Assembly: GCA_963665325.3 (NCBI GenBank)
Contig: CAXXWS020000002.1
Coordinates: forward strand, 1,056,001-1,120,000
Source of the DNA: Alphaproteobacteria bacterium
GTDB taxonomy: Bacteria > Pseudomonadota > Alphaproteobacteria > Bin95
DNA: 64,000 bases
Reading direction: 5' to 3'
The stretch's first letter is position 1. Each line of letters opens with the position of its first letter. The translations under genes and the position numbers were made by a program. Positions 17,214-27,776 of the stretch are shown piece after piece. The notes beneath the pieces were generated by a model. That model was not told the origin of the DNA, searched no databases, and saw only the letters and a list, made by a program, of their open reading frames with translations.

Positions 17214-18605
17214 ATGGCCGACAGACAATTCGATCTCGTCGTCGTGGGCGGCGGACCGGGCGGCTATGTCGCGGCAATTAGAGCCGCACAGCTCGGCATG
17301 AAGGCGGCGCTGGTCGAACGAGAGCATCTTGGCGGCATCTGCCTCAACTGGGGCTGCATCCCGACCAAGGCACTGCTGCGCACGTCGGAGATCAACCATC
17401 TGCTGGCAAATCTGGGCGACTACGGGTTCAACGTCGGGGAGGTCGCATTCGACCTTGGACGGATCGTCAAGCGGTCGCGGCAGGTGGCGGGCCAATTGTC
17501 GCGCGGCGTGGCGCATTTGCTCAGGAAGAACAAGGTAACTGTGATCGATGGAGCCGGCAGCCTCGCGGGACAAGGCCGCATATCGGTAAACCGGGAAGAC
17601 GGGGGAGCGGAAACGCTTTCGGCGCCCCATATCATTCTCGCAACCGGCGCCCGCGCCCGTTCGCTGCCGGATCTGGAGCCGGACGGCAAGACAATCTGGA
17701 GCTATAAGGAAGCGATGGTCCCCGAGGAAATGCCGAAGAGCCTGCTGGTCATCGGTTCCGGCGCCATCGGCATCGAGTTTGCGAGCTTCTACAACGATCT
17801 GGGCGTGCCAGTGACGGTCGTCGAGCTTCTGGACCGTATCCTTCCTGCGGAGGATTCCGAGATCTCCGAGTTCGCGCTCAAGGCGTTCCGCAAGCAGGGG
17901 ATGACCCTGATGACCGGCGCCCGGGCGACCGAGGTGTCGGGCGGGAAGGCAAAAGTTCTCACGGCGGACGGCGAGACGGTGACGGTGGACGCCGAGAGGA
18001 CGATCCTGGCGGTAGGCATAACGGGCAATGTCGAGGATTTGGGTCTGGAAGGCACGGGCGTTCAGGTGGAGGCCGGTCACGTCGTCGTCGATGAATGGCT
18101 GCGGACGGGCGAGCCGGGCGTCTATGCCATCGGCGACCTCGTCGGACCGCCCTGGCTCGCACACAAGGCCAGCCACGAAGGCGTTCTCTGCGTCGAGAAG
18201 ATCGCGGGGTTGGACGGGCTGCACCCGCTCGACCGGGGCGCGATACCTGGTTGCACCTATTGCCGCCCTCAGGTGGCCAGCATCGGCTATACTGAGGCAG
18301 CTGCGAAGGAGGCCGGTTACGAGGTTCGCGTCGGGCGGTTCCCCTATGTCGGCAACGGCAAGGCGATTGCGCTCGGCGAGTACGAGGGACTCATCAAGAC
18401 CGTATTCGACGCAGTGACGGGCGAGTTGCTGGGAGCGCACATGATCGGCGCCGAGGTGACGGAGCTCATCCAGGGATATGCCATCGCCCGCAACCTGGAG
18501 GCGACGGAAGTCGAACTGATGCATACCGTCTTTCCGCATCCGACCCTCTCCGAGGCGATGCACGAATCGGTGCTGGACGCTTATGGACGCGCAATCCACT
18601 ACTGA
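17214..18605 (+). CDS. lpdA: Dihydrolipoyl dehydrogenase
   Basis: [25 protein letters not shown]. Confidence 0.97.
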   Translation: MADRQFDLVVVGGGPGGYVAAIRAAQLGMKAALVEREHLGGICLNWGCIPTKALLRTSEINHLLANLGDYGFNVGEVAFDLGRIVKRSRQVAGQLSRGVAHLLRKNKVTVIDGAGSLAGQGRISVNREDGGAETLSAPHIILATGARARSLPDLEPDGKTIWSYKEAMVPEEMPKSLLVIGSGAIGIEFASFYNDLGVPVTVVELLDRILPAEDSEISEFALKAFRKQGMTLMTGARATEVSGGKAKVLTADGETVTVDAERTILAVGITGNVEDLGLEGTGVQVEAGHVVVDEWLRTGEPGVYAIGDLVGPPWLAHKASHEGVLCVEKIAGLDGLHPLDRGAIPGCTYCRPQVASIGYTEAAAKEAGYEVRVGRFPYVGNGKAIALGEYEGLIKTVFDAVTGELLGAHMIGAEVTELIQGYAIARNLEATEVELMHTVFPHPTLSEAMHESVLDAYGRAIHY

Positions 18606-19554
18606 ACCCGTGACCGTGCGGGCAAAGGCTGACGGCCCGCAGCGCCCCTTCCGGCATCCCGAGAAGCGGCTGCGCCCGGACAGTCCGAGCCCGCGCAAGC
18701 CGGCATGGATCCGCGTCAAGGCGCCGACCTCGAAGGCCTATGCCGAAACGCGCCGGATCGTTCGCGAGCACGGGCTCACGACCGTGTGCGAGGAAGCCGG
18801 CTGCCCGAATATCGGCGAGTGCTGGGCGCAACGCCACGCAACCATGATGATCATGGGCGAGATCTGCACCCGCGCCTGCACCTTCTGCAATGTCGCAACG
18901 GGCAGGCCGGGTGCGCTCGATGCCGCCGAGCCGGAGAATGTCGGCAAGGCCGTGGCGAAGCTGGGCCTGGCGCATGTGGTCATCACCTCGGTGGACCGCG
19001 ACGACCTCGACGATGGCGGCGCGGCGCACTTCGCGGAGACCGTCGGGTGGATTCGCAGCTATGCGCCCGGCACGACGGTGGAACTGCTCACGCCCGATTT
19101 CCTCCGGAAGGCGGGCGCGTTGGAGACCGTGATCGCCGCGAAGCCGGACGTGCTCAACCACAACCTGGAAACCGTGCCGGGCCTCTACAGCGCCGTCAGG
19201 CCGGGCGCGCGCTACTACCACAGCGTCCGGCTGCTGGAGCGCGCCAAGGAACTGGACCCGTCGGTCTTCACCAAGTCCGGGATCATGGTGGGCCTGGGTG
19301 AGAACCGCGCGCAGGTCGCGCAGGTGATGGACGATCTGCGCTGCGCCGATGTCGATTTCCTCACTATCGGCCAGTATCTCCAGCCGACGCCGAAGCATCA
19401 TCCGATTGACCGTTTCGTGACGCCGGAGGAGTTCGAGGCCTATGCAACCCTGGCCAAGGCCAAGGGGTTCCTGCTGGTTTCCGCCTCGCCGCTCACACGA
19501 TCCTCCTACCACGCCGACAGCGATTTCGCGAAGCTGAAGGCCGCGCGCGGCTGA
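18583..19554 (+). CDS. lipA: Lipoyl synthase
   Basis: [26 protein letters not shown]. Confidence 0.97.
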   Translation: MDAQSTTEPVTVRAKADGPQRPFRHPEKRLRPDSPSPRKPAWIRVKAPTSKAYAETRRIVREHGLTTVCEEAGCPNIGECWAQRHATMMIMGEICTRACTFCNVATGRPGALDAAEPENVGKAVAKLGLAHVVITSVDRDDLDDGGAAHFAETVGWIRSYAPGTTVELLTPDFLRKAGALETVIAAKPDVLNHNLETVPGLYSAVRPGARYYHSVRLLERAKELDPSVFTKSGIMVGLGENRAQVAQVMDDLRCADVDFLTIGQYLQPTPKHHPIDRFVTPEEFEAYATLAKAKGFLLVSASPLTRSSYHADSDFAKLKAARG

Positions 19555-20000
19555 TGCCGAGCCACCGCGAGCAGCGGTTCGTACCCTATTCGCGGGATGA
19601 AATGTTTGCCCTGGTTGCGGACATCGAGCGCTATCCCGAGTTTATTCCCTGGTGCGCCGGGGCGCGCATCCGCCGGCGGGAGGCGGGAGCTGTCGTCGCA
19701 GACCTTCGGGTGCGGTTCGGGCCCTTTCGCGAGAGCTTCACCTCCCGCGTGGCGTTGACACCGCCGGAGCGCATCGACGTTGCCTACACGCACGGGCCCC
19801 TTTCGCACATGGCGACGCATTGGCGCTTCATGCCCGCCGATGGCGGGACGACGATAGACTTCAGCATCGACTGCGACTTCCGCTCGGCGCTCCTGCGGGG
19901 GCTGGCAAGCCGTTTCTTCCATGAGGCCGCAAAACGGATGGTGGTCGCATTCGAGGCGCGCGCGAACAAGCTCTACGGTGCCGGCCGGTTGTCCGCTTAG
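19554..20000 (+). CDS. ratA: RatA/PasT/Coq10 START-domain protein
   Basis: LVADIERYPEFIPWC, ESFTSRV, AFEARA; follows lipA. Confidence 0.88.
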   Translation: MPSHREQRFVPYSRDEMFALVADIERYPEFIPWCAGARIRRREAGAVVADLRVRFGPFRESFTSRVALTPPERIDVAYTHGPLSHMATHWRFMPADGGTTIDFSIDCDFRSALLRGLASRFFHEAAKRMVVAFEARANKLYGAGRLSA

Positions 20001-20264
20001 CCCGCATTTCTCACCAGGGTCACGGCCTGCGTCGCTGTCCAGGCGTTCGCTCCGCAAGGAACGGGCCGAAAAGCGTAGCGGTGCCTACGGTTGAGGCCCG
20101 TGACGCCGCGGGCGGACGCCTGGGCGCGACCCGAAGGGCGGCGCTGTCGGGCCGGCAGGGTGCGTCGAGCCGCTTGCCCGATGCCCCGCATCGCGCTGCG
20201 CGTCTCTCCTACCCTGCCGACCCGACAGCGCCGCGCAGACCATGACCCTGGTGAGAAATGCGGG
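20001..20264. mobile_element. 264-bp MITE with perfect 22-bp terminal inverted repeats and a TTAG target duplication
   Basis: CCCGCATTTCTCACCAGGGTCA (20001-20022) and TGACCCTGGTGAGAAATGCGGG (20243-20264); TTAG at 19997-20000 and 20265-20268; two long internal hairpins; no transposase. Confidence 0.9.
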
Positions 20265-21716
20265 TTAGGCGCTGGCGAGCAGCCGGTCGGCAAGCGCTTC
20301 GATCTCTTTTCTCAACGACAATTTATGCCGCCAGGATTCCGGAATGGAGCGAACGCCATAGTGTGCGCCGGCAATCTGGCCGTAGATCGCGCCGGTCGTG
20401 TCGGCATCGTCGCCGAGATTGACCGCGAGCAGTGCGCCGCTGCGGAAGTCCGTTGAGCGATGGAACGCCCAGAGCGCCGCCTCCAGCGACCGCACTGCGT
20501 AGCCTGAGCCAACGATCTCCGGCGGTTCGCGCCGCTCGAAGGAGCCGGCGGCGATCTCTACAATGGCGGGGCTCAATGCCATGCCGGCGTCGGCGCCGCG
20601 AAGTATCCGTTCTTTCGGCGCGCCGTCGAGCGCCCGGACAAGGAGCATCGCGAAGAAGCGGCAGGCATCGACCGCTTCTTCGGCGCCGTGAGTGGTGCGG
20701 GAACTGTCAGCGGCCCGTGCGGCAGCCAGGGCCGGGTCATCGGCAAGGAACATGGCCACCGGCGCAAGACGCATCAGGGAGCCGTTTCCGGCGCTGAACA
20801 TGTCGGTCGGTCCGGACAGGGGGTCACCCGTCCGCTCGAACGATTCCAGCGCTGCGACAGTTGTGTTGCCGATATCGAAGCATCGGCCCGTGGAGGAGAA
20901 ATAGCCGTCGCGATACCAGCGCAGATAACGTTTCATCTGGTCGCGCGCATCGAATTCGCCGCATTCCACTAGGCTCGTGGCAAGGCAAAGCGCCATCGAG
21001 GTGTCGTCCGTCCATTGGCCGGGTTGCAAGTGGAACGGGCCGCCGCCGGCCATGTCGTCGATGGGATCGAAAGTGCCTGGAGCGCGGAACTCCAGCGTCG
21101 TGCCGAGGGCGTCGCCCGCTGCGAGGCCCAGAAGGCAGCCCCGGAACCGCTCCTGCCGGGTCGGCAGCTTCGCCTTCGACGGCCGTTGGGGCCACGCTTG
21201 CATCATCCGGAATTGCGCCGATGTTTGGGGGCTGGCGCGCCTGCCGGACTCCCGGTCGCCGGCGCGGAGTTTCCGCAGAATTGTCTCGACATTTCCCGGG
21301 CTTGCATGCCCGTGCCGGATAAGCCAGCAGCCGACAACCACACCCGTGCGCCCGAGGCCAGCCCAGCAATGAACATAGATCCGCCGGCCGTCCTCAAGGC
21401 CCCTGTCGATCTCGCCCAGTATGCGTTCCATCAGCGGCTCGGTCGGGACGCTCATGTCCGCGACCGCAAATCGGCGAACGACGGCGGCGCGTTCGGAGGC
21501 GCGCCTGTCGTACCGGCTCAGATGCCGGTCCCCGCCGCCCGGATGATCCTCGGTGAGATTGATGAAGAGGTCGAAGCCCGCGTCGAGCAGCGGGCCGATC
21601 CTGTCGCAGTCCGGGCGGGGGTCAGGGTAGGCGCCGGCCGCGAGGCGTCCTTCGACGATCCAGTAGCTCCGCGACACCGGCCCCGGGGTGCCGTCCGCCG
21701 CCAATGCAATATCCAC
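20265..21716 (-). CDS. Fusion of a dual-specificity/tyrosine phosphatase-like domain and an ADP-ribosylglycohydrolase (DraG/ARH family)
   Basis: N-terminal HCWAGLGRTG (CX5R). C-terminal GLAAGDALG, WTDDT, GNGSLMR and GDDADTTGA. Start GTG 21716 or TTG 21719. Confidence 0.9.
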   Translation of the reverse strand: MDIALAADGTPGPVSRSYWIVEGRLAAGAYPDPRPDCDRIGPLLDAGFDLFINLTEDHPGGGDRHLSRYDRRASERAAVVRRFAVADMSVPTEPLMERILGEIDRGLEDGRRIYVHCWAGLGRTGVVVGCWLIRHGHASPGNVETILRKLRAGDRESGRRASPQTSAQFRMMQAWPQRPSKAKLPTRQERFRGCLLGLAAGDALGTTLEFRAPGTFDPIDDMAGGGPFHLQPGQWTDDTSMALCLATSLVECGEFDARDQMKRYLRWYRDGYFSSTGRCFDIGNTTVAALESFERTGDPLSGPTDMFSAGNGSLMRLAPVAMFLADDPALAAARAADSSRTTHGAEEAVDACRFFAMLLVRALDGAPKERILRGADAGMALSPAIVEIAAGSFERREPPEIVGSGYAVRSLEAALWAFHRSTDFRSGALLAVNLGDDADTTGAIYGQIAGAHYGVRSIPESWRHKLSLRKEIEALADRLLASA

Positions 21717-21856
21717 CAACTCCCGTCTCCCAGAGACCGCAAGGCAGGGAAAGGGAAACCGGATTGTCGACCGAATGCAATGGCAACGGTTGCGGCCTTA
21801 CAGACGCCGCTTCATGCTGGCACGTACAGTTCTTTCGACAGGAGACGCGCAGGCGC

Positions 21857-22726
21857 ATGAAGATCGGTGTGGCATTCCCGACCACGGAAATTGGCTCGGA
21901 CCCGGCGGCTATCCGGGGATTCGCTCAGGAGGTCGAGGCGCTCGGTTACGACCACCTCACCTGCATCGACCATGTGATTCAGGAGGTCTCCAACAATGCT
22001 GAAGACTGGCGGGCCTATTACACGCTCGACAACATGTTCCACGAGCCGCTCACCCTGTTCGGCTTCCTTGCCTGCGCCACCGAAAGGATCGAGCTGGCAA
22101 CGGCGATCCTGATCCTTCCGCAGCGGCAGACGGCGCTGGTTGCCAAGCAGGCGGCCGAGATCGACCTCCTTTCCGGTGGCAGGCTGCGCCTTGGCGTCGG
22201 CATCGGGTGGAATGCGATGGAGTTCGGGGTGCTGGGCCAGTCCTTCCGCAACCGCGCACGGCGGATGGAGGAACAAATCGTCTATATGCGCCAGCTCTGG
22301 ACCGAGCCTTCCGGCAGTTTCTCCGGCGAATGGCATGAGCACCGGGACGCCGGCATCAATCCGCTGCCGCCGCAGCGCCCGATCCCGGTCTGGGTCGGGG
22401 CGTTCCAGGACCCGGCGATCGAACGCGCCGGACGCCTCGGCGACGGCTGGTTCGCCAATCCGCGCGTGCCGCCGGGCAACGAGATGGCTCGCCAGATCGG
22501 CCTGGCGCGGGGCGCGGCCGAAACGGCAGGGCGCGACCCTGCCGCCCTCGGCATCGACGGGACGATCCATATCGGCGAGCGGGCTCCCGAAGAAGCCGCG
22601 CAGGAACTGGAGCGCTGGCAGACGCTAGGCGTGAGCCATGTGACCGTGCGCACCATGTATTCCGGCTTCGAGACGGTAGCAGAGCATCTGGAGGCACTCA
22701 GGCGCTTCCGGAAAGCTCTGGACTGA
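21857..22726 (+). CDS. LLM-class (putative F420-dependent-type) oxidoreductase
   Basis: DHV, FHEPLTLFGFLA, ILPQRQTALVAKQAAEIDLLSGGRLRLGVGIGWN. Confidence 0.88.
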   Translation: MKIGVAFPTTEIGSDPAAIRGFAQEVEALGYDHLTCIDHVIQEVSNNAEDWRAYYTLDNMFHEPLTLFGFLACATERIELATAILILPQRQTALVAKQAAEIDLLSGGRLRLGVGIGWNAMEFGVLGQSFRNRARRMEEQIVYMRQLWTEPSGSFSGEWHEHRDAGINPLPPQRPIPVWVGAFQDPAIERAGRLGDGWFANPRVPPGNEMARQIGLARGAAETAGRDPAALGIDGTIHIGERAPEEAAQELERWQTLGVSHVTVRTMYSGFETVAEHLEALRRFRKALD

Positions 22727-22738
22727 CTCCCTTCGAGC

Positions 22739-23395
22739 TTACTCCGCCGCCGCGACGCCGGCCGGGCAAGTGACGCCGGTGCCGCCAAGCCCGCAATATC
22801 CGTAAGGCACCTTCGCCAGATATTGCTGGTGGTAGTCCTCGGCATAGTAGAACGGCGGCGCCTCCACGATTTCCGTGGTGATCGCGCCGTAGCCGGCTTG
22901 TCTGAGTGCCCCCGCGAAACGCGCCTTGGACGCCTCCGCCACGCTGCGCTGCGCATCGGAATAGACATAGATGCCGGAGCGGTATTGCGTCCCGACATCG
23001 TTGCCCTGGCGCATCCCCTGAGTTGGATTGTGCGATTCCCAGAAAACTTTCAGCAGCGTGTCGTAGGACACCCGGGCCGGATCGAAGACGACCAGAACCA
23101 CCTCATTGTGTCCCGTACGGCCAGTGCAGACATCCTCATAGGTCGGGTTGGCCGTGTAGCCGCCCGCATATCCGACCGCAGTGGTCCATACACCCCCGGT
23201 CTCCCAGAATATGCGCTCGGCGCCCCAGAAGCAGCCAAGCCCGAACAACGCTCGCTCCATGCCTTCGCGGAAAGGCGGCGTCATCGGCTCCCCATTGACG
23301 AAATGCTGGGGCGGAACCGGCATGACGCGGTCACGGTCCGGCAGCGCCCGGTCCGGAGTTACCATCTGGACCTTCTTCATCAGGTTGAAAAACAT
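22739..23395 (-). CDS. msrA: Peptide methionine sulfoxide reductase A
   Basis: [35 protein letters not shown]. Confidence 0.96.
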   Translation of the reverse strand: MFFNLMKKVQMVTPDRALPDRDRVMPVPPQHFVNGEPMTPPFREGMERALFGLGCFWGAERIFWETGGVWTTAVGYAGGYTANPTYEDVCTGRTGHNEVVLVVFDPARVSYDTLLKVFWESHNPTQGMRQGNDVGTQYRSGIYVYSDAQRSVAEASKARFAGALRQAGYGAITTEIVEAPPFYYAEDYHQQYLAKVPYGYCGLGGTGVTCPAGVAAAE

Positions 23396-23498
23396 CGCGG
23401 CAGCCTGTGTGCGGGTGGGACAATACCGCCAGTATAGCCGGTTGTCCCCGCGCCGCAGCGGATTATATTTCCGGCAACGCAGCTCGTCGGATCCGCCC

Positions 23499-24221
23499 AT
23501 GGAACTCGGCAAAGCCAGACGCCCGAAGCTCTTCCACGCGACCGCGCCGGGCGCCTGTCCCTATCTGCCCGAACAACTCGAATGCAAGCTCGTCATAGAG
23601 CTTTGCGATCCCGAAGCCGGATCGCTGTACACCGACCTCTCCCGCGCCGGCTTCCGACGCAGCTATGGATACGCATACCGCCCGGCCTGCAAGAGCTGCT
23701 CCGCCTGCGTGCCTGTTCGGATCAATGTTGCCGGTTACAGCGACAGCCGTTCGCTGCGCCGCGTTCGCCGGCGCAACGACGACCTCCGCGACACCATCCG
23801 CCCGGCGGTCGGCACGGCCGAGCAGTATTCGCTGTTCCGCCGGTACCAGTCGGGCCGGCACACCAGCAGCAAGATGGCCGCGATGACCTTCGCGGACTAT
23901 CGCGGCATGGTGGATGAGACGCCGGTATCGAGTTTCGTCCTGGAGGTGAGGGACGGCTCCGACCGCCTGCTGGCCGCCTGCCTCACAGACTGGCTGGAAG
24001 ACGGCCTTTCCGCCGTTTACAGCTTTTTCGATCCCGCCGAGCCCCGCCGCAGCCTTGGTACCTTCATGGTCTTGCGCCTGATCGATATTGCCCGTGCGGC
24101 GGAGCTGGACGTGGTCTATCTGGGTTACTGGATTTCGGGCAGCGGCACGATGGACTACAAACAGCGTTTCCCGGCAGTAGAACAGTTGATCGACGCCCAA
24201 TGGGCGCCGCTTGAACCGTAA
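23499..24221 (+). CDS. bpt: Aspartate/glutamate leucyltransferase (ATE1-like)
   Basis: [38 protein letters not shown]. Confidence 0.9.
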   Translation: MELGKARRPKLFHATAPGACPYLPEQLECKLVIELCDPEAGSLYTDLSRAGFRRSYGYAYRPACKSCSACVPVRINVAGYSDSRSLRRVRRRNDDLRDTIRPAVGTAEQYSLFRRYQSGRHTSSKMAAMTFADYRGMVDETPVSSFVLEVRDGSDRLLAACLTDWLEDGLSAVYSFFDPAEPRRSLGTFMVLRLIDIARAAELDVVYLGYWISGSGTMDYKQRFPAVEQLIDAQWAPLEP

Positions 24222-24271
24222 CCGCTCCTGCAATCCCCGGCCGGCTGCCGGCCCGTGAAGAGAGGCTCGCC

Positions 24272-25723
24272 ATGAAGCTGAACGATCCGTCCCTGCTGCG
24301 GCAGCAATGCTATATCGACGGCGCCTGGTGCGATGCGGACAGTGGCGAGACCGTTCCGGTCACCAATCCGGCCAACGGCGAGGTTCTGGGCACGGTGCCG
24401 AAAATGGGTGCCGCAGAAACGCGACGCGCGATCGAGGCGGCGGAACGGGCATGGCCGGCCTGGCGGTCGAAGACCGCGAAGGAACGCGCCACGGTGCTGC
24501 GCCGCTGGCACGACCTGATGATGGAGAACCAGGAAGACCTGGCGGTGCTCATGACAGCGGAGCAGGGCAAGCCGTTGGCCGAATCGAGGGGCGAGATCGT
24601 CTATGGGTCGTCCTTCATCGATTGGTTTGCGGAGGAAGGCCGGCGCGTTTACGGCGACACGATTCCGCCGCACCAGGCAGACAAGCGCGTCCTGGCGATC
24701 AAGCAGCCGGTGGGTGTGTGCGCGGCAATCACGCCCTGGAACTTCCCGAACGCGATGATTACCCGCAAGGCCGGTCCCGCGCTCGCGGCCGGCTGCCCGA
24801 TGGTGCTGAAGCCCGCATCGGCCACCCCCTTCTCGGCGCTGGCGCTTGCGGAGCTTGGCGAACGAGCGGGCATTCCGAAGGGCGTGTTCAGCGTTGTCAC
24901 CGGCGCGTCGGGCGCCATCGGCACCGAGATGACGACCAGCCCCATCGTGCGCAAGCTGTCCTTCACCGGCTCGACCGAGATCGGCAAGGTGCTGATGGCG
25001 CAGTGCGCCAGCACGATCAAGAAGATCTCGCTTGAACTCGGGGGCAATGCGCCCTTCATCGTGTTCAACGACGCCGACCTGGACGCGGCGGTGGATGGAG
25101 CGCTCGCCTCAAAATACCGCAATATGGGCCAGACCTGCGTATGCGCGAACCGGCTCCTGGTGCAGTCCGGCGTCTATGAGGATTTCGCGGCGCGTTTGAG
25201 CCAGGCGGTGTCCGGCATGTCTGTTGGCGACGGAATGCAGGAGGGTGTGCTGCAGGGCCCGCTGATCGACATGAGCGCGGTCGAGAAGGTTGAGGAGCAT
25301 ATCGAGGATGCGCTCGCCAAGGGCGCGCGCGTCGTGGTTGGCGGCGGTCGGCACGAACTGGGCGGTACCTACTTCAAGCCGACGGTGCTGGCAGACGTGA
25401 CGCCCGGCATGAAGGTTGCACGCGAGGAGACTTTTGGTCCGCTGGCGCCTCTCTTCCGTTTCGAGGAAGAGGACGAAGCCATTGCCATGGCCAACGACAC
25501 CGAATTCGGCCTCGCCGCCTATTTCTACACCCGCGATCTCGGCACGGCGTGGCGCGTGTCCGAGGGTCTCGAATACGGCATTGTCGGCGTTAATACCGGC
25601 CTGATCTCCGCTGCCGAGGCGCCCTTCGGCGGGGTCAAGGAGTCGGGCATCGGCCGAGAGGGCTCGCACTACGGCATCGAGGACTATCTGGAAGTCAAAT
25701 ATCTGTGCATGGCCGTCGGCTGA
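24272..25723 (+). CDS. gabD: NAD(P)-dependent succinate-semialdehyde dehydrogenase
   Basis: PWNFP, FTGST, LELGGNAP, GQTCVCAN, EETFGP. Confidence 0.93.
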   Translation: MKLNDPSLLRQQCYIDGAWCDADSGETVPVTNPANGEVLGTVPKMGAAETRRAIEAAERAWPAWRSKTAKERATVLRRWHDLMMENQEDLAVLMTAEQGKPLAESRGEIVYGSSFIDWFAEEGRRVYGDTIPPHQADKRVLAIKQPVGVCAAITPWNFPNAMITRKAGPALAAGCPMVLKPASATPFSALALAELGERAGIPKGVFSVVTGASGAIGTEMTTSPIVRKLSFTGSTEIGKVLMAQCASTIKKISLELGGNAPFIVFNDADLDAAVDGALASKYRNMGQTCVCANRLLVQSGVYEDFAARLSQAVSGMSVGDGMQEGVLQGPLIDMSAVEKVEEHIEDALAKGARVVVGGGRHELGGTYFKPTVLADVTPGMKVAREETFGPLAPLFRFEEEDEAIAMANDTEFGLAAYFYTRDLGTAWRVSEGLEYGIVGVNTGLISAAEAPFGGVKESGIGREGSHYGIEDYLEVKYLCMAVG

Positions 25724-25726
25724 ACC

Positions 25727-26398
25727 TTGGGTGCGGACAAGGAGAAGCGGGTCGCGGCGGCGCGCGCCGTCGGTCTGATCGAGGCTGGCATGACGATTGG
25801 CCTCGGGACGGGGAGCACCGCGGCCCATGCCATTCGACTGATCGGTGCGCGTGTCCGCGAGGGGATGACCCTGCGCGGCGTGCCGACATCGGAACAGAGC
25901 GCCGCGCTTGCACGCGCGGAGGGTATTCCGCTGGTCGACCTGAACGAGGTCGAGCGCGTGCATCTCGCTATCGACGGTGCGGATGAGGTGGATGGCGGAA
26001 AGCGGTGTATCAAGGGCGGCGGCGGGGCGTTGCTCAGGGAGAAGATCGTTGCGTGCGCGGCGGACCGCCTGGTCGTCATCGTCGATTCCGGCAAGACGGT
26101 GGAATGCCTGGGCGCTTTCCCCCTGCCGGTCGAAGCAATCCCCTTCGCCCGTGAGCAGGTGCGCCGTCGCATAGAGGCGCTAGGCGCTTCGGCCGCGCTT
26201 CGCACAGATAGCGCCGGACCTTTTATTACCGACGAAGGCAACCATATTCTGGATTGCCGGTTCGGCAGGATCGACGATGTCTCCGGTCTGGCGGCGCAGC
26301 TCAGCGCCATTCCGGGCATTGTCGAGCATGGACTGTTCATCGGAATGGCTGACGACGTGATCGTCGGCCGGGGCGGCACCGCCTGTTTCATGGAGTGA
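25727..26398 (+). CDS. rpiA: Ribose-5-phosphate isomerase A
   Basis: GLGTGST, DGADEV, IKGGGGALLREK. Confidence 0.96.
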   Translation: MGADKEKRVAAARAVGLIEAGMTIGLGTGSTAAHAIRLIGARVREGMTLRGVPTSEQSAALARAEGIPLVDLNEVERVHLAIDGADEVDGGKRCIKGGGGALLREKIVACAADRLVVIVDSGKTVECLGAFPLPVEAIPFAREQVRRRIEALGASAALRTDSAGPFITDEGNHILDCRFGRIDDVSGLAAQLSAIPGIVEHGLFIGMADDVIVGRGGTACFME

Positions 26399-26410
26399 GG
26401 CAAAAGCCGG

Positions 26411-27760
26411 ATGGCCCAATACGACTACGACCTGTTTGTGATCGGCGCCGGATCGGGCGGCGTGCGCGCGGCGCGCATCGCCGCCGGCCACGGTGCGCGG
26501 GTGGGTATCTGCGAGGAGAGCCGCGTCGGCGGCACCTGCGTTATCCGGGGCTGCATCCCCAAGAAGCTGCTGGTCTATGCCTCCCATTTCGCCCGCGATT
26601 TCGAGGATGCGTGCGCCTATGGCTGGGGTCCGGCCGCAAACGGTTTCGACTGGTCGCGGCTGATCGCCAACAAGGACCGGGAGATCGACCGTCTGAACGG
26701 CATTTACCTGTCCCTGCTTTCAGGCGCAGGCGTCGAACTGGTTGAGGAACGCGGCGTCCTGGAGGATGCACATACGATTCGCCTGGGAGGACGGCGCATC
26801 ACCGCCGACAAGGTGCTGGTAGCGGTCGGCGGATGGCCCTGGATGCCCGACATTCCGGGAATCGATCACGCGATTACCTCGAACGAGGCGCTTGAGCTGA
26901 AGACCCGGCCCGACCGTATCCTGATCGTCGGCGGAGGTTATATCGCGGTCGAGTTCGTCAACATTTTCCACGGCCTGGGTGTCGAGACCGTGGAAATGAT
27001 CCGCGCCGAGCACCTGTTGAACGGCTTCGACGACGATATTCGCAAGGAACTCGGCCAGCAGATGCAGGCGGACGGCGTCGAGATCGTCAACCGCACCAAT
27101 CCGACAGCTATAGAGAAAACGAACAACGGCTACCGCGTTACGACCGATACCGGCCGGACAATCGAAACCGACCTTGTCATGTTTGCGACCGGCAGGAACC
27201 CCAACACTGCCGGCCTCGGCCTGGAAGCGGCCGGGGTCGCGATGGACCGCAAGGGAGCGGTCGCGGTCGACGCGGACTCGCGGAGCTCTGTCGGGAATAT
27301 CTACGCCATCGGCGATGTGACAGACCGGCTGGCGCTGACCCCTGTTGCGATACGCGAGGGCCACGCCTTTGCCGACACCGTCTTCGGCAACAGGCCCTGG
27401 CAGGCGGATCATGCCAATGTGCCCACCGCCGTATTCAGCCAGCCGCCCATCGGCACGGTGGGCATGACAGAAGCCGAAGCGCGCACGAAACACGGCGAGG
27501 TCGATATCTACAAGAGTCGCTTCCGGCCGCTGAAGCACACGCTTACCGGCCGCGATGAGTTCACCCTGATGAAGCTGGTGGTGGACTCGGCAACGGACCG
27601 CGTGCTGGGCGCTCACATGATCGGCGCCGATGGCCCCGAGATCGCGCAGGGCCTCGGCATTGCCGTCAAGATGGGCGCGACCAAGGCCCAGTTCGATGCG
27701 ACGGTCGGCATCCATCCGACCGCCGCCGAAGAGTTCGTGACCATGCGCGAGCCGGCGTAA
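26411..27760 (+). CDS. gor: Glutathione reductase
   Basis: GAGSGG, GGTCVIRGCIPKK, HPTAAEE. Confidence 0.95.
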   Translation: MAQYDYDLFVIGAGSGGVRAARIAAGHGARVGICEESRVGGTCVIRGCIPKKLLVYASHFARDFEDACAYGWGPAANGFDWSRLIANKDREIDRLNGIYLSLLSGAGVELVEERGVLEDAHTIRLGGRRITADKVLVAVGGWPWMPDIPGIDHAITSNEALELKTRPDRILIVGGGYIAVEFVNIFHGLGVETVEMIRAEHLLNGFDDDIRKELGQQMQADGVEIVNRTNPTAIEKTNNGYRVTTDTGRTIETDLVMFATGRNPNTAGLGLEAAGVAMDRKGAVAVDADSRSSVGNIYAIGDVTDRLALTPVAIREGHAFADTVFGNRPWQADHANVPTAVFSQPPIGTVGMTEAEARTKHGEVDIYKSRFRPLKHTLTGRDEFTLMKLVVDSATDRVLGAHMIGADGPEIAQGLGIAVKMGATKAQFDATVGIHPTAAEEFVTMREPA

Positions 27761-27776
27761 CCGGCCTGCCGCCCGT

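Noticed and set aside
20265-21150. Nitrogenase regulator DraG
   Set aside because: The domain is fused to a phosphatase and has no draT or nif context, so only the family-level call is supported.
21857-22726. Proof of F420 use
   Set aside because: The cofactor cannot be determined from family motifs, and no F420 biosynthesis genes are in the window.
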